Source: Octopus sinensis (Eukaryota). From it: a stretch of DNA of 64,000 nucleotides. The number at the start of each line of letters is the position of its first letter. Positions within the stretch are counted from its first letter, which is position 1. The notes under the pieces were generated by a model. It had not been told where the DNA came from and made no database searches. It saw nothing but the letters and a program-made list of their open reading frames with translations. The translations under genes and the position numbers were made by a program. This document shows positions 1 through 12,149 of this stretch, one piece after another. The stretch lies in contig NC_042999.1 in assembly GCF_006345805.1 (NCBI RefSeq), forward strand, positions 42,222,001 to 42,286,000, given 5' to 3'.

Positions 1-531
1 TCAGCTCAGAACTCCCTGGTTTGGATTTGAAAACACTGAAAGTGGGAGCATACCCTTTCGGCTTCTTCTCGCTTCTGAAGATCTGCTCGACACTAACAGT
101 GCCAACAAACTCAAAAATGCAAGCGAAGAATTTCTGCTCTCCCCTTTCCACCAGCGTGGGTTAAAATCAGTAAACACTATGCTTTTTTCGGTAAAATCCA
201 AGGCATTATATAGAGAGAGATGAATTATAATTTCAACAATTGAGGGTAAAATTAATTAATTAATCAATTTCACCAATCAATTTCACCAATCAATTGTTGA
301 AATTATAATTCATCTCTCTCTATATAATGCCTTGGATTTTACCGAAAAAAGCATAGTGTTTACTGATTTTAACCCACGCTGGTGGAAAGGGGAGAGCAGA
401 AATTCTTCGCTTGCATTTTTGAGTTTGTTGGCACTGTTAGTGTCGAGCAGATCTTCAGAAGCGAGAAGAAGCCGAAAGGGTATGCTCCCACTTTCAGTGT
501 TTTCAAATCCAACCAGGGAGTTCTGAGCTGA
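1..531. repeat. Near-perfect long inverted repeat (arms 1-243 and 290-531, 46-bp spacer); left arm probably continues beyond the window start
   Basis: 290-531 is the reverse complement of 1-243 with one 1-nt indel (ccaaacc/ccaacc). The spacer contains a 13-bp tandem repeat (atcaatttcacca x2.5). The same 66/64-aa ORF appears on both strands. Confidence 0.97.
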
Positions 532-576
532 TGATAGAAATGTCGAGTTTGACTAATCTTGAAACGTACGTTCTCA
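524..576 (+). ncRNA. Type I hammerhead ribozyme-like motif (family A)
   Basis: UGAG(524-527)|CUGAUGA(528-534)-U-AGA..GUC-loop-GAC..UCU-U-GAAA(561-564)-C-GUAC-G-U-U(572)|CUCA(573-576). Helix I UGAG/CUCA; palindromic helix III ACGUACGU; positions 10.1/11.1 are U.U. Confidence 0.7.
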
Positions 577-774
577 AATAACCTTTGCATTTGATTTTTT
601 AATGTCTAAACTACCCCCATACTTCCGTGAGTTGAATTGAGCAAACACTATATGAGAGGTTTTCTTTATTTAAGTATAGAAAAGTTTTAGAAAAGTTTTT
701 TTTTTGGCTGCTATTTCTAATGAGTTCAGTATGCGGCAAAGTAATTTATTTTTACTAAGCCCTTTTATATAATG

Positions 775-1109
775 TTAATAATTATATATATATATATATA
801 CACATGAGTACGCATTAATGAAACATGTATATGTGTATATACATACATATATAGATAATAGATATATTATGCATATATATGTATATATAAATATATATAT
901 ATATATACATATATATATAAATAAATATATATATATATTTATACATATAATATATATGCATATATATATATATGCATGTGTGTGAGTCCTGTGTAAAAAC
1001 AAATGTACAATATAACATCTACAGATACTATATGTATAAACTTAGGAATATATTTATTTATAAAAGTATGTGTATCTATATTTATATATATATATATATA
1101 TATATATAG

Positions 1110-1148
<39 letters not shown>

Positions 1149-1262
1149 GTGAGAGAGATAGAGAGATAGATAGATAGATCGATAGATAGATAGATAGATA
1201 TATAGATAGATAGATGATATAGATAGATAGATACACACACAAAAACACACACAACACACACA

Positions 1263-1310
<48 letters not shown>
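775..1310. repeat. Compound microsatellite (TA)n/(GA)n/(GATA)n/(CA)n
   Basis: Directly visible; the overlapping ORFs are YI/VC/LS repeats. Confidence 0.95.
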
Positions 1311-1311
<1 letters not shown>

Positions 1312-1862
1312 TGTATTGTTGTGTTGGTTTCCTCTGCAAATGAAAACAAAAAGAAAGACTTGGGTCAAAATTGAATGTCTAAACTTTAAAGCAATTTTAT
1401 TTTTAACTCTAACTTGAAAATAATTTTAGAATCTGAAGCAATTAAGGATACAGATCAATACAGTGAATCGAATTTTTTGAACACAGTAGCTTTCAACCTT
1501 TTTGACCGTTATTGATCATAAAATATTTTTAGTAAAATTTATTAATCTGAACGGAAATTATTCTCAAAATAAACATTTTGGACATATAAGAAGCTTGACG
1601 TTATGTGAATTTGTCATATTCATTTCTTTGATCTGAATTAACGAAGTTTTCATCCGTCATTCTTTCTCATACCTTTTCGATTATTCACTCGCTCTTGCTA
1701 AATCGGTCTGCGATGTCTGTGTGTGCGTTCCAGCGGAGGTGGGGGGGGGGGGCATGTGTTTCTATATGCGTGCGTGTATACATGTGCGTATGCTTGTAAG
1801 AGTGTTGATGAATGCAATAATAAGCATATATGCATGAAAATATTCTTATATATACAAATATA

Positions 1863-1927
<65 letters not shown>

Positions 1928-2103
1928 CGCATATAGTACGCATATATATATGTCCGTGAGTCTATATATATATATAATATATGTACTTATATATATAGTG
2001 TGTGTGCGGTGTATATGTGTATGTACAAATATATATGTGAGTATATAGTTATGTATTATTATATATTTATAGATATACATACATATATATATATATATAT
2101 ATA

Positions 2104-2137
<34 letters not shown>

Positions 2138-2143
2138 GTGTGA

Positions 2144-2428
2144 GGCGCAATGGCCCAGTGGTTAGGGCAGCGGATTCGCGATCGTAGGATCGCGGTTTCG
2201 ATTCCCAGACCGGGCGTTGTGAGTGTTTATTGAGCGAAAACACCTAAAAGCTCCACGAGTCTCCGGTAGGGGGGGGGGTGATCCCTGCTGTACTCTTTCA
2301 TCACTCTTTCTCCCATTATTTCCTCTGTTGGCGTCATTCGAAGGCTAAAAAACAATGCGAACGCATTGTGACCAGCGATATGTAACTACATCTGATGGAC
2401 TGGTCGTCACGTGATCACGTGACGTGAT
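2144..2428 (+). mobile_element. tRNA-derived SINE
   Basis: A box TGGCCCAGTGG and B box GGTTTCGATTCCC; tail ends in the palindrome gtcacgtgatcacgtgac, followed by (TA)n. Confidence 0.8.
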
Positions 2429-2463
<35 letters not shown>

Positions 2464-2594
2464 TAAGCTCTTCAGTTTATATAAAAATAACATATATGTA
2501 TACGTATGCGTATATATAATATATATATATATAATATATATATATTTATATTTATTATTATATATATATATTTATACATATGTATATATATATA

Positions 2595-2629
<35 letters not shown>

Positions 2630-2634
<5 letters not shown>

Positions 2635-3914
2635 TGGGGAAGCAAAACTTGAATATTTTGGAATCTTTATTTTTCATATATTCCTGAGCGTAAATACTAA
2701 AATGTTATTTTCTATTTCAGGGTGGAGGTATATAGAGTTAATTTAAGAAAAGGTTCCCAGTAATACGATCTAGCATGTCTATTCAAGAAGCCAAGTGACA
2801 ACGCATTGCAGATTTGCTTCATGCCGAGGTTGCAGTTACACATATTTCTGAGACTGTCGGGGCCCCTGTGAACAGTGTCTCCAGCGTTAAGAACCGAATG
2901 CCTGATATAGGAAGCATGAAGAGAAAGCGAGGAAGTGGAGGCATAAATAAAAAGTGGGATAATGCATTTCTTAAATCTCTCAAAGCCGAAATTTCAAAAG
3001 ACTCAACAACATCCATGAGAAAACTGTCTATGGACATGAAATTTGATCCAAAGACCATCAGAACTGCTGTACACATTGATTTACAGTTGGGGTCATATGG
3101 GAGGACCCCGAAGCACCTATTGATCCATGCAACGTAAGCCAGAAGGCATGAACGTGCCAAAAAAGTGTTGCGATACCTGAAGCACAATGGATGCACCGTC
3201 AAAATCTATCCAGATGAAAAAATCTTTACTGTTGATGCTGTTTTAAACTGTAGCAATGTTCGATACGTTGCTAAGTCACCTTCTGAAGTAAAGGGCGTCT
3301 TTAGGATCAAGCACCCAGCTCAAATCATGGTACTCGGAGTCGTGGCAGCTGACGGAAAAAAAAGATGCCTCCCAATTTTTTCAAGTCTGGGGAAAAGTTG
3401 AGTGCTGAATTTTATTATAAGGTCCTACGGTACAGGATTTTGCTTTGGCTGAAGTCTAATTACCCCAACGATAATTATGTGTAGACCCAAGGTGGTGCTC
3501 CTGCTCATACGGCGAAGAAAGTGCAGAAATTCTGCGAAGACAACTTCACCAACTTTTGGCCTGCCAACTTCTGGCCTTCTTCCAGCCCAGATTTGAACCC
3601 CTTGGACTATGCCATATGGGGCAAATTGGAGCATTCTACCAACAGAACTTCGCATCCAAGTGTTGATCACTTTAAACAAGTCCTGAGGGAAGAGTAGGAC
3701 ATGTCTGAGTACTTCATCATTAAGAATTGTGATGCCTTCAGGTGGGGTGCGAAGGCTGTGGTAGACAATGAAGGTAGACATCTTGAATAAATTGTTTCTT
3801 TATACCCCTGTAAACTTGTGTTAGAATTATATCTATGTCAGGTTGATGGCTATTGTAACATAAACAATTTGGTAAATTATCTATTATTTTCAAGTTTTGT
3901 TTCCCCCCCCCACC

Positions 3915-3917
<3 letters not shown>
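2630..3917 (+). mobile_element. Full-length decayed DD37D (maT-type) Tc1/mariner-superfamily transposon
   Basis: TIRs cagagtggggaagcaaaacttgaa / ttcaagttttgtttccccccccca ccctg followed by TA. The transposase is split by stops and a frameshift: MSIQEAK..., YPDEKIFTV, Q(D>G)GAPAH...WPSSSPDLNPLDY, with 37 residues between the last two catalytic positions. Confidence 0.9.
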
Positions 3918-3968
<51 letters not shown>

Positions 3969-4151
3969 TAATATGTAATGTATGTATGTATGTATGTATG
4001 ATGTATATATATATATATATGTGTGTGTGTGTTTGTAATTAAATTGCAGATGAATTAGGTACCTAAGTTGAAGCGCCAAGTCAGTCCGGTATTTTCCGCA
4101 CAACTCGAAGTAAGGTGAATAAAATCAAAATAAGTAATAGGATGTTAAGTA

Positions 4152-4364
4152 GTAATGCAGTACGTCCGTTCCGAGCGGCTCCATTTAATTGAAAAATGTA
4201 ATCATTACATCAATTTGAATACAGCGCTATCTTGTGCTGCACAAAATATGTATTTTCAACAGACAAGATATATTAATATAATTCTCCTTAAATATTTTAA
4301 CAGAGCAAGAAGATGGGAGAATTTGATGCTATCACTATTGCAGCAAGAATAGTTAAGAGAAGAA
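4152..4364 (-). mobile_element. Decayed copy of hammerhead-bearing repeat family E (same family as 29.5-29.8 kb)
   Basis: Aligns by eye to 29490-29700. The minus strand reads UGCAG-CACAAGA...GGAAC-GGAC-GUA-CUGCA (degenerate core). Confidence 0.65.
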
Positions 4365-4594
4365 CAAACTACAATTTTTAGAGTGGCATGGAAAACAGTA
4401 GTGGCCATAGGGTTGTAATTAATTTCCTATTTAACTCTCTCCTTTTCATCAGCAAAAATCTAGAAGACTGTATACATTTAGAATAAAGATCAAAGTGTGT
4501 TGACAGATCATAGCTGGCTTTTGGTCATAAATTTCATACTGCCGCAAGTCCCTCTAACCCACAAAAAAAAAAGAAACAAAACTTTAGAAAGAGT

Positions 4595-4831
4595 CATCTC
4601 AAAGCTCGCCGTTTTAATACCGTTCTCAAGATCCAAAGTGAACCGCAGAGGGTCCTCGACTCGCTTACGGAAAACTACTTTCAAGCCGGATTCCAAAAGT
4701 GGCAGGAACGATAGAACGGGTGTTTTGCTACACAAGGTATTTTGAACGAGATGATTTTAAAACTTAGGTAAATAAGTTTTTTTTTTTTACTAAACATAAC
4801 TAGTCCAGGAATCTTATGAGACCACCTCGTA
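4595..4831 (+). mobile_element. Mariner transposase 3' fragment with 3' TIR
   Basis: HLKARRFNTVLKIQSEPQRVLDSLTENYFQAGFQKWQER*NGCFATQGYFERD matches the mariner C-terminus. Ends ...cacctcgTA. Confidence 0.75.
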
Positions 4832-5129
4832 ATTTGGGGCGAACTTACATCAATACAAAGCTATAATTTGATGCGAGGTGACATATATTGGTGAAAGGAT
4901 GCAATGTTTATGTTACGCCGTCACTTAGATGCAGTGTTACATATTTAGTAGCAAAGTCACATACTTGAGTGTAAGGGTACAAACTAAGGTACTAGATCAT
5001 ATGCTTAAGTGGATAGCCATATTTGATTAACAGGTACTTATGTAATCGATCCCAGAAGGGGAAAAGGCAAGGCTGACTCTTTAGGGATTTCAAATTAGAA
5101 CATAAATGAATATATATTTATATATCCTC

Positions 5130-5529
5130 GTTTCAAATTTTGGCTTAAAGCTAGAAATTTTGAGGGAGGGGTTAAGTCGGTCACATCAACCCTAGTACTC
5201 AACTGGTACTTATTTTATCAACCCAAAAGATAAATGTTAAAGTCGACCTCAGCGGTGGAATTTTTTCCGGTGCGGTAACGATAGTGCCTGCTCACCGCAT
5301 TGCATGATATAGATAAATATTGTTTTGAAATTTTGACACAAGGCCAGAAATTTCGGGGAAGGTGTAAGTCGATTAAATCGACCCCAGTACTCAACTGGTA
5401 TTTATTTCACCGACCCCGAAAGGCTGAAAGGGAAAGTCAACCTCGGCAGAATTTGGTCTCAGAACGTAGCGCCGGATGAAATCCCACTAAATATTCTACC
5501 CAGCGCTCTAACGATTCTGTCGGCTCGCC
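5130..5529 (-). mobile_element. Two adjacent copies (one partial) of the short tRNA-derived SINE (core ggtcgactttgcctttcatcctttcggggtcgataa type)
   Basis: Reverse-complement similarity to the 7649-7862 copy at 5130-5255 and 5322-5529. Confidence 0.75.
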
Positions 5530-7648
5530 ATCTGTTAGGAAATAAATAGATAATATTGCAAAGAATTGTGAACAATTTTCTATCGTTCCTGTAGGAGATA
5601 TATCGTAAAAAACGGTCTAAACATTCATATGACTTTAACACAGAAAGTAGATTGCTTTCAACTGTTTTGCTGCACTTCTACTACTCTCATGATCTTGGAT
5701 CTTAAGAGAAATTATTACCATAAAAGAGAAATACTATGAACCAAAAGGAAGACGGTGAGCTCGTAAAATGTGTTATCTGGTCTGCTTTTTTTGTTTTCTT
5801 GTTTTCTTACATTCTGTATTCAAATTCTACAGAGATTAACTTGGCTTCTCATCTGTTTGGGGGATCAATAAAAATAAGTACCAGTCAATATACAGGTGAA
5901 GGGAAGGAAGAAAGGGGGCGAGCTGGCAGAATCGTTAGCACGCCGCCCCTATACCTATATCAGAAACTATTATTTCCAACAAAGACACATATTTCAGGAA
6001 GTTGTTAATCACTTCCACTATTAACTAGTACTGTATTTATTTGACACAGGAAGGAGAAAAAATTAAAATGAGCTCGGTGAGATTTGAACTCGAAATGTAA
6101 AGAGCCCAAAGAGCGTAAGGCAGCAGCACGCGGCCACAGTATGCAGTGAGAGGTGGTGATTGAATTTGAGCATATTTATTCATTCATTCATTATTCTATT
6201 TCTCTCATTAACTTCAATTTATATCTGTGAGTTAGTCCAAGTATTGAAACCAGACTGTTTGTGTAGCGAACAACCAAAATGGCTGATCGCTAGCTTAAAT
6301 GATTTTTCTTACAAGAAAGCTGCCTCTATCAAATATTTATTTGTTTATTTGATCTTGTTATGGATTTATCTCATCCTTTCTCTCTTTACTTCGTTTTATA
6401 TTTAGTTTTAGAACTCTGCACTAAGATTAGTGTGGCCTATAAATGTCTTTGACTATGATTTCCAATAGTTTTATGAGATAGTGTACTTCTGGCGTACGCT
6501 GGCGGGAAGCAAAATCGAAAGTCATTTGGTTATATAGCCGCTCTGCTCCAACGTTTCTTACGTATCGCTTTACTTTCGGTACGACACATTTGTAGATCAA
6601 ATATCTTTCAGCATATTTCTAAATTCCTTTATTTCCATTTGAATAATAATCTGTTGATTTCTCCGTAGTCTTTGAGAAATGAACTCAAACTGACCGTGCA
6701 TAATTCTACATTAAGATACTGACAATCAATCATACGGTATTTCCTACTAATAGTTATAGCTATTAAACGCTGTGGCGTGACATAAACGACAGAGAGTCGG
6801 TCAAAATTCTTTCCGCTATTTAGCTTACTTTCTTTTGCGTTTTCTATTCAAATACCTCCGGGCTCAACTTTGCTGTTCATTCCTCAAAGGTCGATAAAAT
6901 AAGTACCTGATAAATACTGGGTTAGATTCAATCGACTTAGGCCTCATTTCTTTACAAATGGATGACATTGTACAAATGGGGAAAAAAATCAATAATCATC
7001 GGTATTAGCTTCTTTTATGATAATGCCAACCAGTTTGTTCCATCAACTTTTCTATTTATAACCTATTTTAAGACTTACTATTCATTTTTAAACAGCATTC
7101 TTTTGGCTTCTTTTAGCAAAAGGATATTTTAGTTAAATCTTTTTTTTCTTTCAGTCTAAATGTTTTGTTCATTTTTACACCATTTAAGAACAGTAACAAC
7201 TGTACATTTTCTGCCTCTTAGATTTTCGTCTGTGTGTCTATATTACATTATGGTTATGCTTGAATTTTTTTATCTTTTTTCGGCTTTTTAAAAAAAATGT
7301 TTTCGTATTTCTTATTTATTTCCTGGCTTCTTTCTGTCGGTGTCAGAGTTTGCCTCAAGACTTTGGCTGGAGAATTATCTCTCTCAAGTGCACAGGATTT
7401 CGATATTACTTTATTTAAATGCAGACGACGTGTGGGAAAATGTCTCTTGCAAACTTTTAAAACACTAACACTTTGAAACGTTACATTTTGAGAGATTGTA
7501 TTTCAACTTTTATTGGTGGGTATTGTCTTTCTCAGTCCCAAATAGATATTATCAGTTTGCTCTGATCATTATTGAAATATCTTTGGTAGGTTCGCGATAC
7601 TGACTTAAAATTGTCTATGTTCTCGTTAATAACATTTATCTTATAAAA

Positions 7649-7862
7649 GGCGGCGAGCCAGCAGAATCGTTAACACACCGAACAAAATGCTTAGCGGCAT
7701 TTCGTCTGTCTGCACGTTCTGGGTTCAAATTCTGCCGAGGTCGACTTTGCCTTTCATCTTTTCGGAGGTCGATAAATTAAGTACCAGTTGAACACTGGGG
7801 TCGATGTAATCGACAAGCACCCTCTCTCAAACTTCCTGGCCTTGTGCCAAAATTTGAAACCA
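7649..7862 (+). mobile_element. Short tRNA-derived SINE
   Basis: ggcggcgagccagcagaatcgttaac head, B-box-like gggttcaaattc, core ggtcgataaattaagtaccag, tail ggccttgtgccaaaatttgaaac. Confidence 0.85.
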
Positions 7863-8522
7863 ATATTTATTCATGTACTTGTTACAGTCATGTGATAATT
7901 ACACCTGATTGTAATGGGTACATTCTTGAAATGTCACCGTGGAACAAAGGTTGGATCTGTTCACCAAATACATAAAATTTACCGTATAATACTAAACAGG
8001 TTGAGCATCCTCATTGATAATACCTATGCACTATTTATTATAACTTCAGTAGGAGGCCGCAAATATATAGCCCTAATATAGTTTGGAGTATTTATTTAAC
8101 GGGTTTAACATAGGAATTATAATAACATATTCTAATTTGATAGAAGCAAATGAAATTTGTAACACATACTACAGAATATATACATCTACATAAAGATTAT
8201 CGATACATATCGATATACACATCGTTGTCACATACTGTATGTGTTTTGTTTATGCGTTCATTGTCTTGCCTCGTTTGAGGTAATCAGTGTTTTTTTCAAC
8301 GCTCGGCGTCTTAAAAGATTTCTTTCCTCTGACGCTCGCTTTCCTTCATACAATGACCGCAGAACGTAGCGACGGATGAAATCGCACTAAGCATTCTACC
8401 CGGCGCGCTAACGGGGACGTGAAACTCTGAGTAACAGTTTCTTGGATATTTCTGCTACCTTAAATAAAGTATATATATATACTCACACACGCACACACAC
8501 ACGCACACACACACGCACATAG

Positions 8523-8550
<28 letters not shown>

Positions 8551-8553
<3 letters not shown>

Positions 8554-8959
8554 CTTTTACTCTTTTACTTGTTTCAGTCATTTGACTGCGGCCATGCTGG
8601 AGCACCGCCTTTAGTCGAGCAAATCGACCCCGGGACTTATTCTTTGCAAGCCCAGTACTTATTCTATCGGTCTCTTTTTCCGAACTGCTAAGTGACGGGG
8701 ACGTAAACACACCAGCAACGGTTGTCAAGCAATGCCAGGGGGACAAACACAGACACACAAACATACAAACACACACTTACATATATATACATATATACGA
8801 CAGGCTTCTTTCAGTTTCCGTCTACCAAATCCACTCACAAGGCATTAGTCGGCCCGGGGCTATAGCAGAAGACACTTGCCCAAGGTGCCACGCAGTGGGA
8901 CTGAACCCAGAACCATGCGGTTGGTAAACAAGCTACTTACCACACAGCCACTCCTGCGC
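8551..8959 (-). mobile_element. Long tRNA-derived SINE (octopus OR-type / Meta-domain-like) with internal (TA)/(TG) tract
   Basis: Head gcgcaggagtggctgtgtggtaag, central gccttgtgagtggatttggtagacggaaactgaaagaagcc, tail (gtaaaaga)n. Many similar copies occur in the window. Confidence 0.9.
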
Positions 8960-8970
8960 TATATATATAT

Positions 8971-9027
<57 letters not shown>

Positions 9028-9158
9028 GTTATAATTATATTTATATATATATATATAATATATACATGTTTGTGTGTGTGTGTGTCGAAAGTAAAAATAT
9101 GTGATTATACCTGCGTTAAACTTCATTTATTTATTCATATATATATATATATTGTCTG

Positions 9159-9447
9159 TTACTTCTCGAGCCATGCCTAGCTCATAAGGACCGGTTTCCC
9201 GGTTTCCTTGGCGTATAGGTTCCCCACCTGGACAGGACGCCGGTCCGTCACAGGTGAGCTGCTAGATGCTGGAGGAAAGAGTGAGAGAAAATTGTGGCGA
9301 AACGAAAGAGTCTGCAGAAGTTCGCCATTACCTTCTGCCGGAGCCGCGTGGAGCTTAGGTGTTTCGCTCATAAACACACACATCGCCCGGTCTGAGATCC
9401 CTCGACCGGTAGTCCGCTGCTCTAACCTCTAGGCCATGTGCCTCCAC
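9159..9447 (-). mobile_element. tRNA-derived SINE
   Basis: The minus strand starts gtggaggcacatggcctagaggttagagcagcgg, a tRNA-like head related to the 2144 copy. Confidence 0.75.
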
Positions 9448-9456
9448 ACACACACG

Positions 9457-9702
<246 letters not shown>

Positions 9703-10619
9703 GACTACATAGTCAAATTGGTCCTTTTCCTGATTTAAACCAGGAGGTATGATTTGAGGAACATTTGGCCGCCGCTGTGACCATGTAGAAGCTGAGATAT
9801 GTTCGAATCGCCTTAAATACGGGTAAAAATTATTAGACAGAGATATCTCTCCCCTTCTCTCGCATTTTGTATTTCATGCTGTAGGAAAGGTGATTAATAT
9901 AAGGTGATGTACGAAGAATGATTTACATCGGAAGGATATAGTGGACACTGGATGGGAGATCTGTCAGTGTTTCGATAATATACATAAATATATTTACATC
10001 ATCTGCTACAAGATTTTTTCGTCGTCTTCAATATTAGATATAAAATTATAAGGATTTTAAATACAGAAATATATTAGTACAAGCCTAAATACCTTTTTAT
10101 ATTATTAATACAGGAATTGGTGTCAATGTCTTTTTTGCCTCTTTTATCATATTACATAGTTTTGAATTGTTAAAGAAGTTTAGGATCAATTGTTAGTACT
10201 TGATAAGAAAAACTTCTGTATTATTCAATTGGTTCCTCATCATATGAAATGGATATTGAACTAACTGCCAGCATAATTCGATAATCTTCGAATTGTCTCT
10301 CGCATCATACGATTAGTGGTTGGACTTCCTCGAACATTTCAGCAAAATGAACGTTTTGGAAAGAAAAGAGATGGCGTCTGTCACAAACTGCCTGCTAAAG
10401 GAAATAAGACCACCGACTGCTTATTACGTGCAGTGAACGGAAATTACAGAAATTAGAGATTCCAATACCTTCCACATACATACATTTTAAAACATTAAAT
10501 AAAAAGGAAATGACGAAAATGTTCGCTGATTCACATTCACTGATAGTGTTTCTGAAAACATAAAAAAGTCAATGATAGTAAGATTGACATCATACGTATG
10601 TGTATTTGAGTATGTACGT

Positions 10620-10678
10620 ATGTGCTTGTGTGTATGTATATGTGTGAATGTATGTATTTATACATATCTATTTGTATG

Positions 10679-10715
<37 letters not shown>

Positions 10716-11235
10716 CCAAGATGTACATACTAATAATATATATATAATATATATATATATATTATATATGTGTATTTATATGTGTGTGTGCATGTGTATG
10801 GAGAGAGATAGACAGATAGATAGATACATACATGCATACATACATACATACATACATACATACATACACACATACACACACACACAGACATATATAGGAA
10901 TATACATATATGCATATATGTATATGTGTATATATGTATACATATATATATATATATACATTTATATATATTCATATATACATATATACATGTATATATA
11001 TATACATATATATATATGTATGCATGTATGAATATATGTATATATGAATATATATATATATGTATATATATGTATGTATACACATATACATATATATATA
11101 TTCATACATATATATATACACACACACTATACAAACATATATACAGACGCATACTACACAAATGGACACATACGTATGCGTACGCACACAAACACTTTCG
11201 TCTGTGTGTATGGATGTGTGGATATGTGTGTGTGT

Positions 11236-11277
<42 letters not shown>

Positions 11278-11295
11278 TGTGTGTGTGTGTGTGCG
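10620..11295. repeat. Degenerate (TA)/(TACA)/(TG) microsatellite field
   Basis: Directly visible. Confidence 0.9.
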
Positions 11296-12149
11296 GGAGC
11301 GCAGGCGCTTATGTGTATGAAATAGAAAAAGTGAGGAATCGTACGAAGAGACAACAGACTGAATGACTTAAGAGTAAACTATAGAGAACGAGAGAAATTT
11401 ACCAACATTCATATAATTTAGTTATATTTTATATTTTATATTTATATTTATCTTTTATATTTCGTGATTTTTATCTCAATTTCCCATTTCGCCCCAACGG
11501 TAAAAGAAAGAAAATAAATAGCAAAAGTGAAATTACTTAACAGAAAGAATACATCAAAAACAAGCTGTATCTCTTAACAAATGTCTTGTTAAAGAATGTC
11601 TGACAGTTGCTTATCTAATCATGCCAATCGGACACAACCTGAAGATGTCCATATTCAAGTAATGTGCACTGTTGAGCTTCACTAACATTTTTATAGCTAA
11701 TATATCTGACCTCTAAAAAGCATATTGGAAGCCAGTATTTTTCATAACGTTTCGGTTTTGCTAATTGATCCATTCACTGACTGTCCACTCGTGTATCGCA
11801 GAAACTAGTGAAGCTGAGAAAGAAAGGCCAAATTGTCTAGTAAAATGGCACTTATGCAAAATAAAAAATATATATATATACCATCTTTCATATTGATTTG
11901 CAGACGTTTAACTTTCGTACTAAGTTCAATAACCAAGCTGGCTCTATAAATTTAGATATCGAGGTGAATAAACGGGAAGAAGAGTCTAACTGGTCAGTTG
12001 ATTTGACTCACTGAAAGTAATAACCAAATTTCCTCCAATTCACATTTTACAGTCTTAAAATACAGACACATACACATTGGACAATATAGTTCTATACACA
12101 GTATGTCAGTGGAAAAAATACGAGACGGCAGTAATGACAATATTTCGCT

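Noticed and set aside
1-526. Duplicated 66/64-aa ORF MDFTEKSIV... as a gene pair
   Set aside because: It is a by-product of the palindrome; no recognisable domain.
4410-4451. CUGAUGA on the minus strand as a hammerhead
   Set aside because: No helix II pairing and no NUH/helix I arrangement after the next GAAA.
6545-6615. GAAACGUU on the minus strand with upstream CUGAAAGA
   Set aside because: Core spacing is wrong and helix I does not pair.
11740-11805. GAAACGUU on the minus strand with upstream CUGCGA
   Set aside because: The core is one nucleotide short and helix II is unconvincing.
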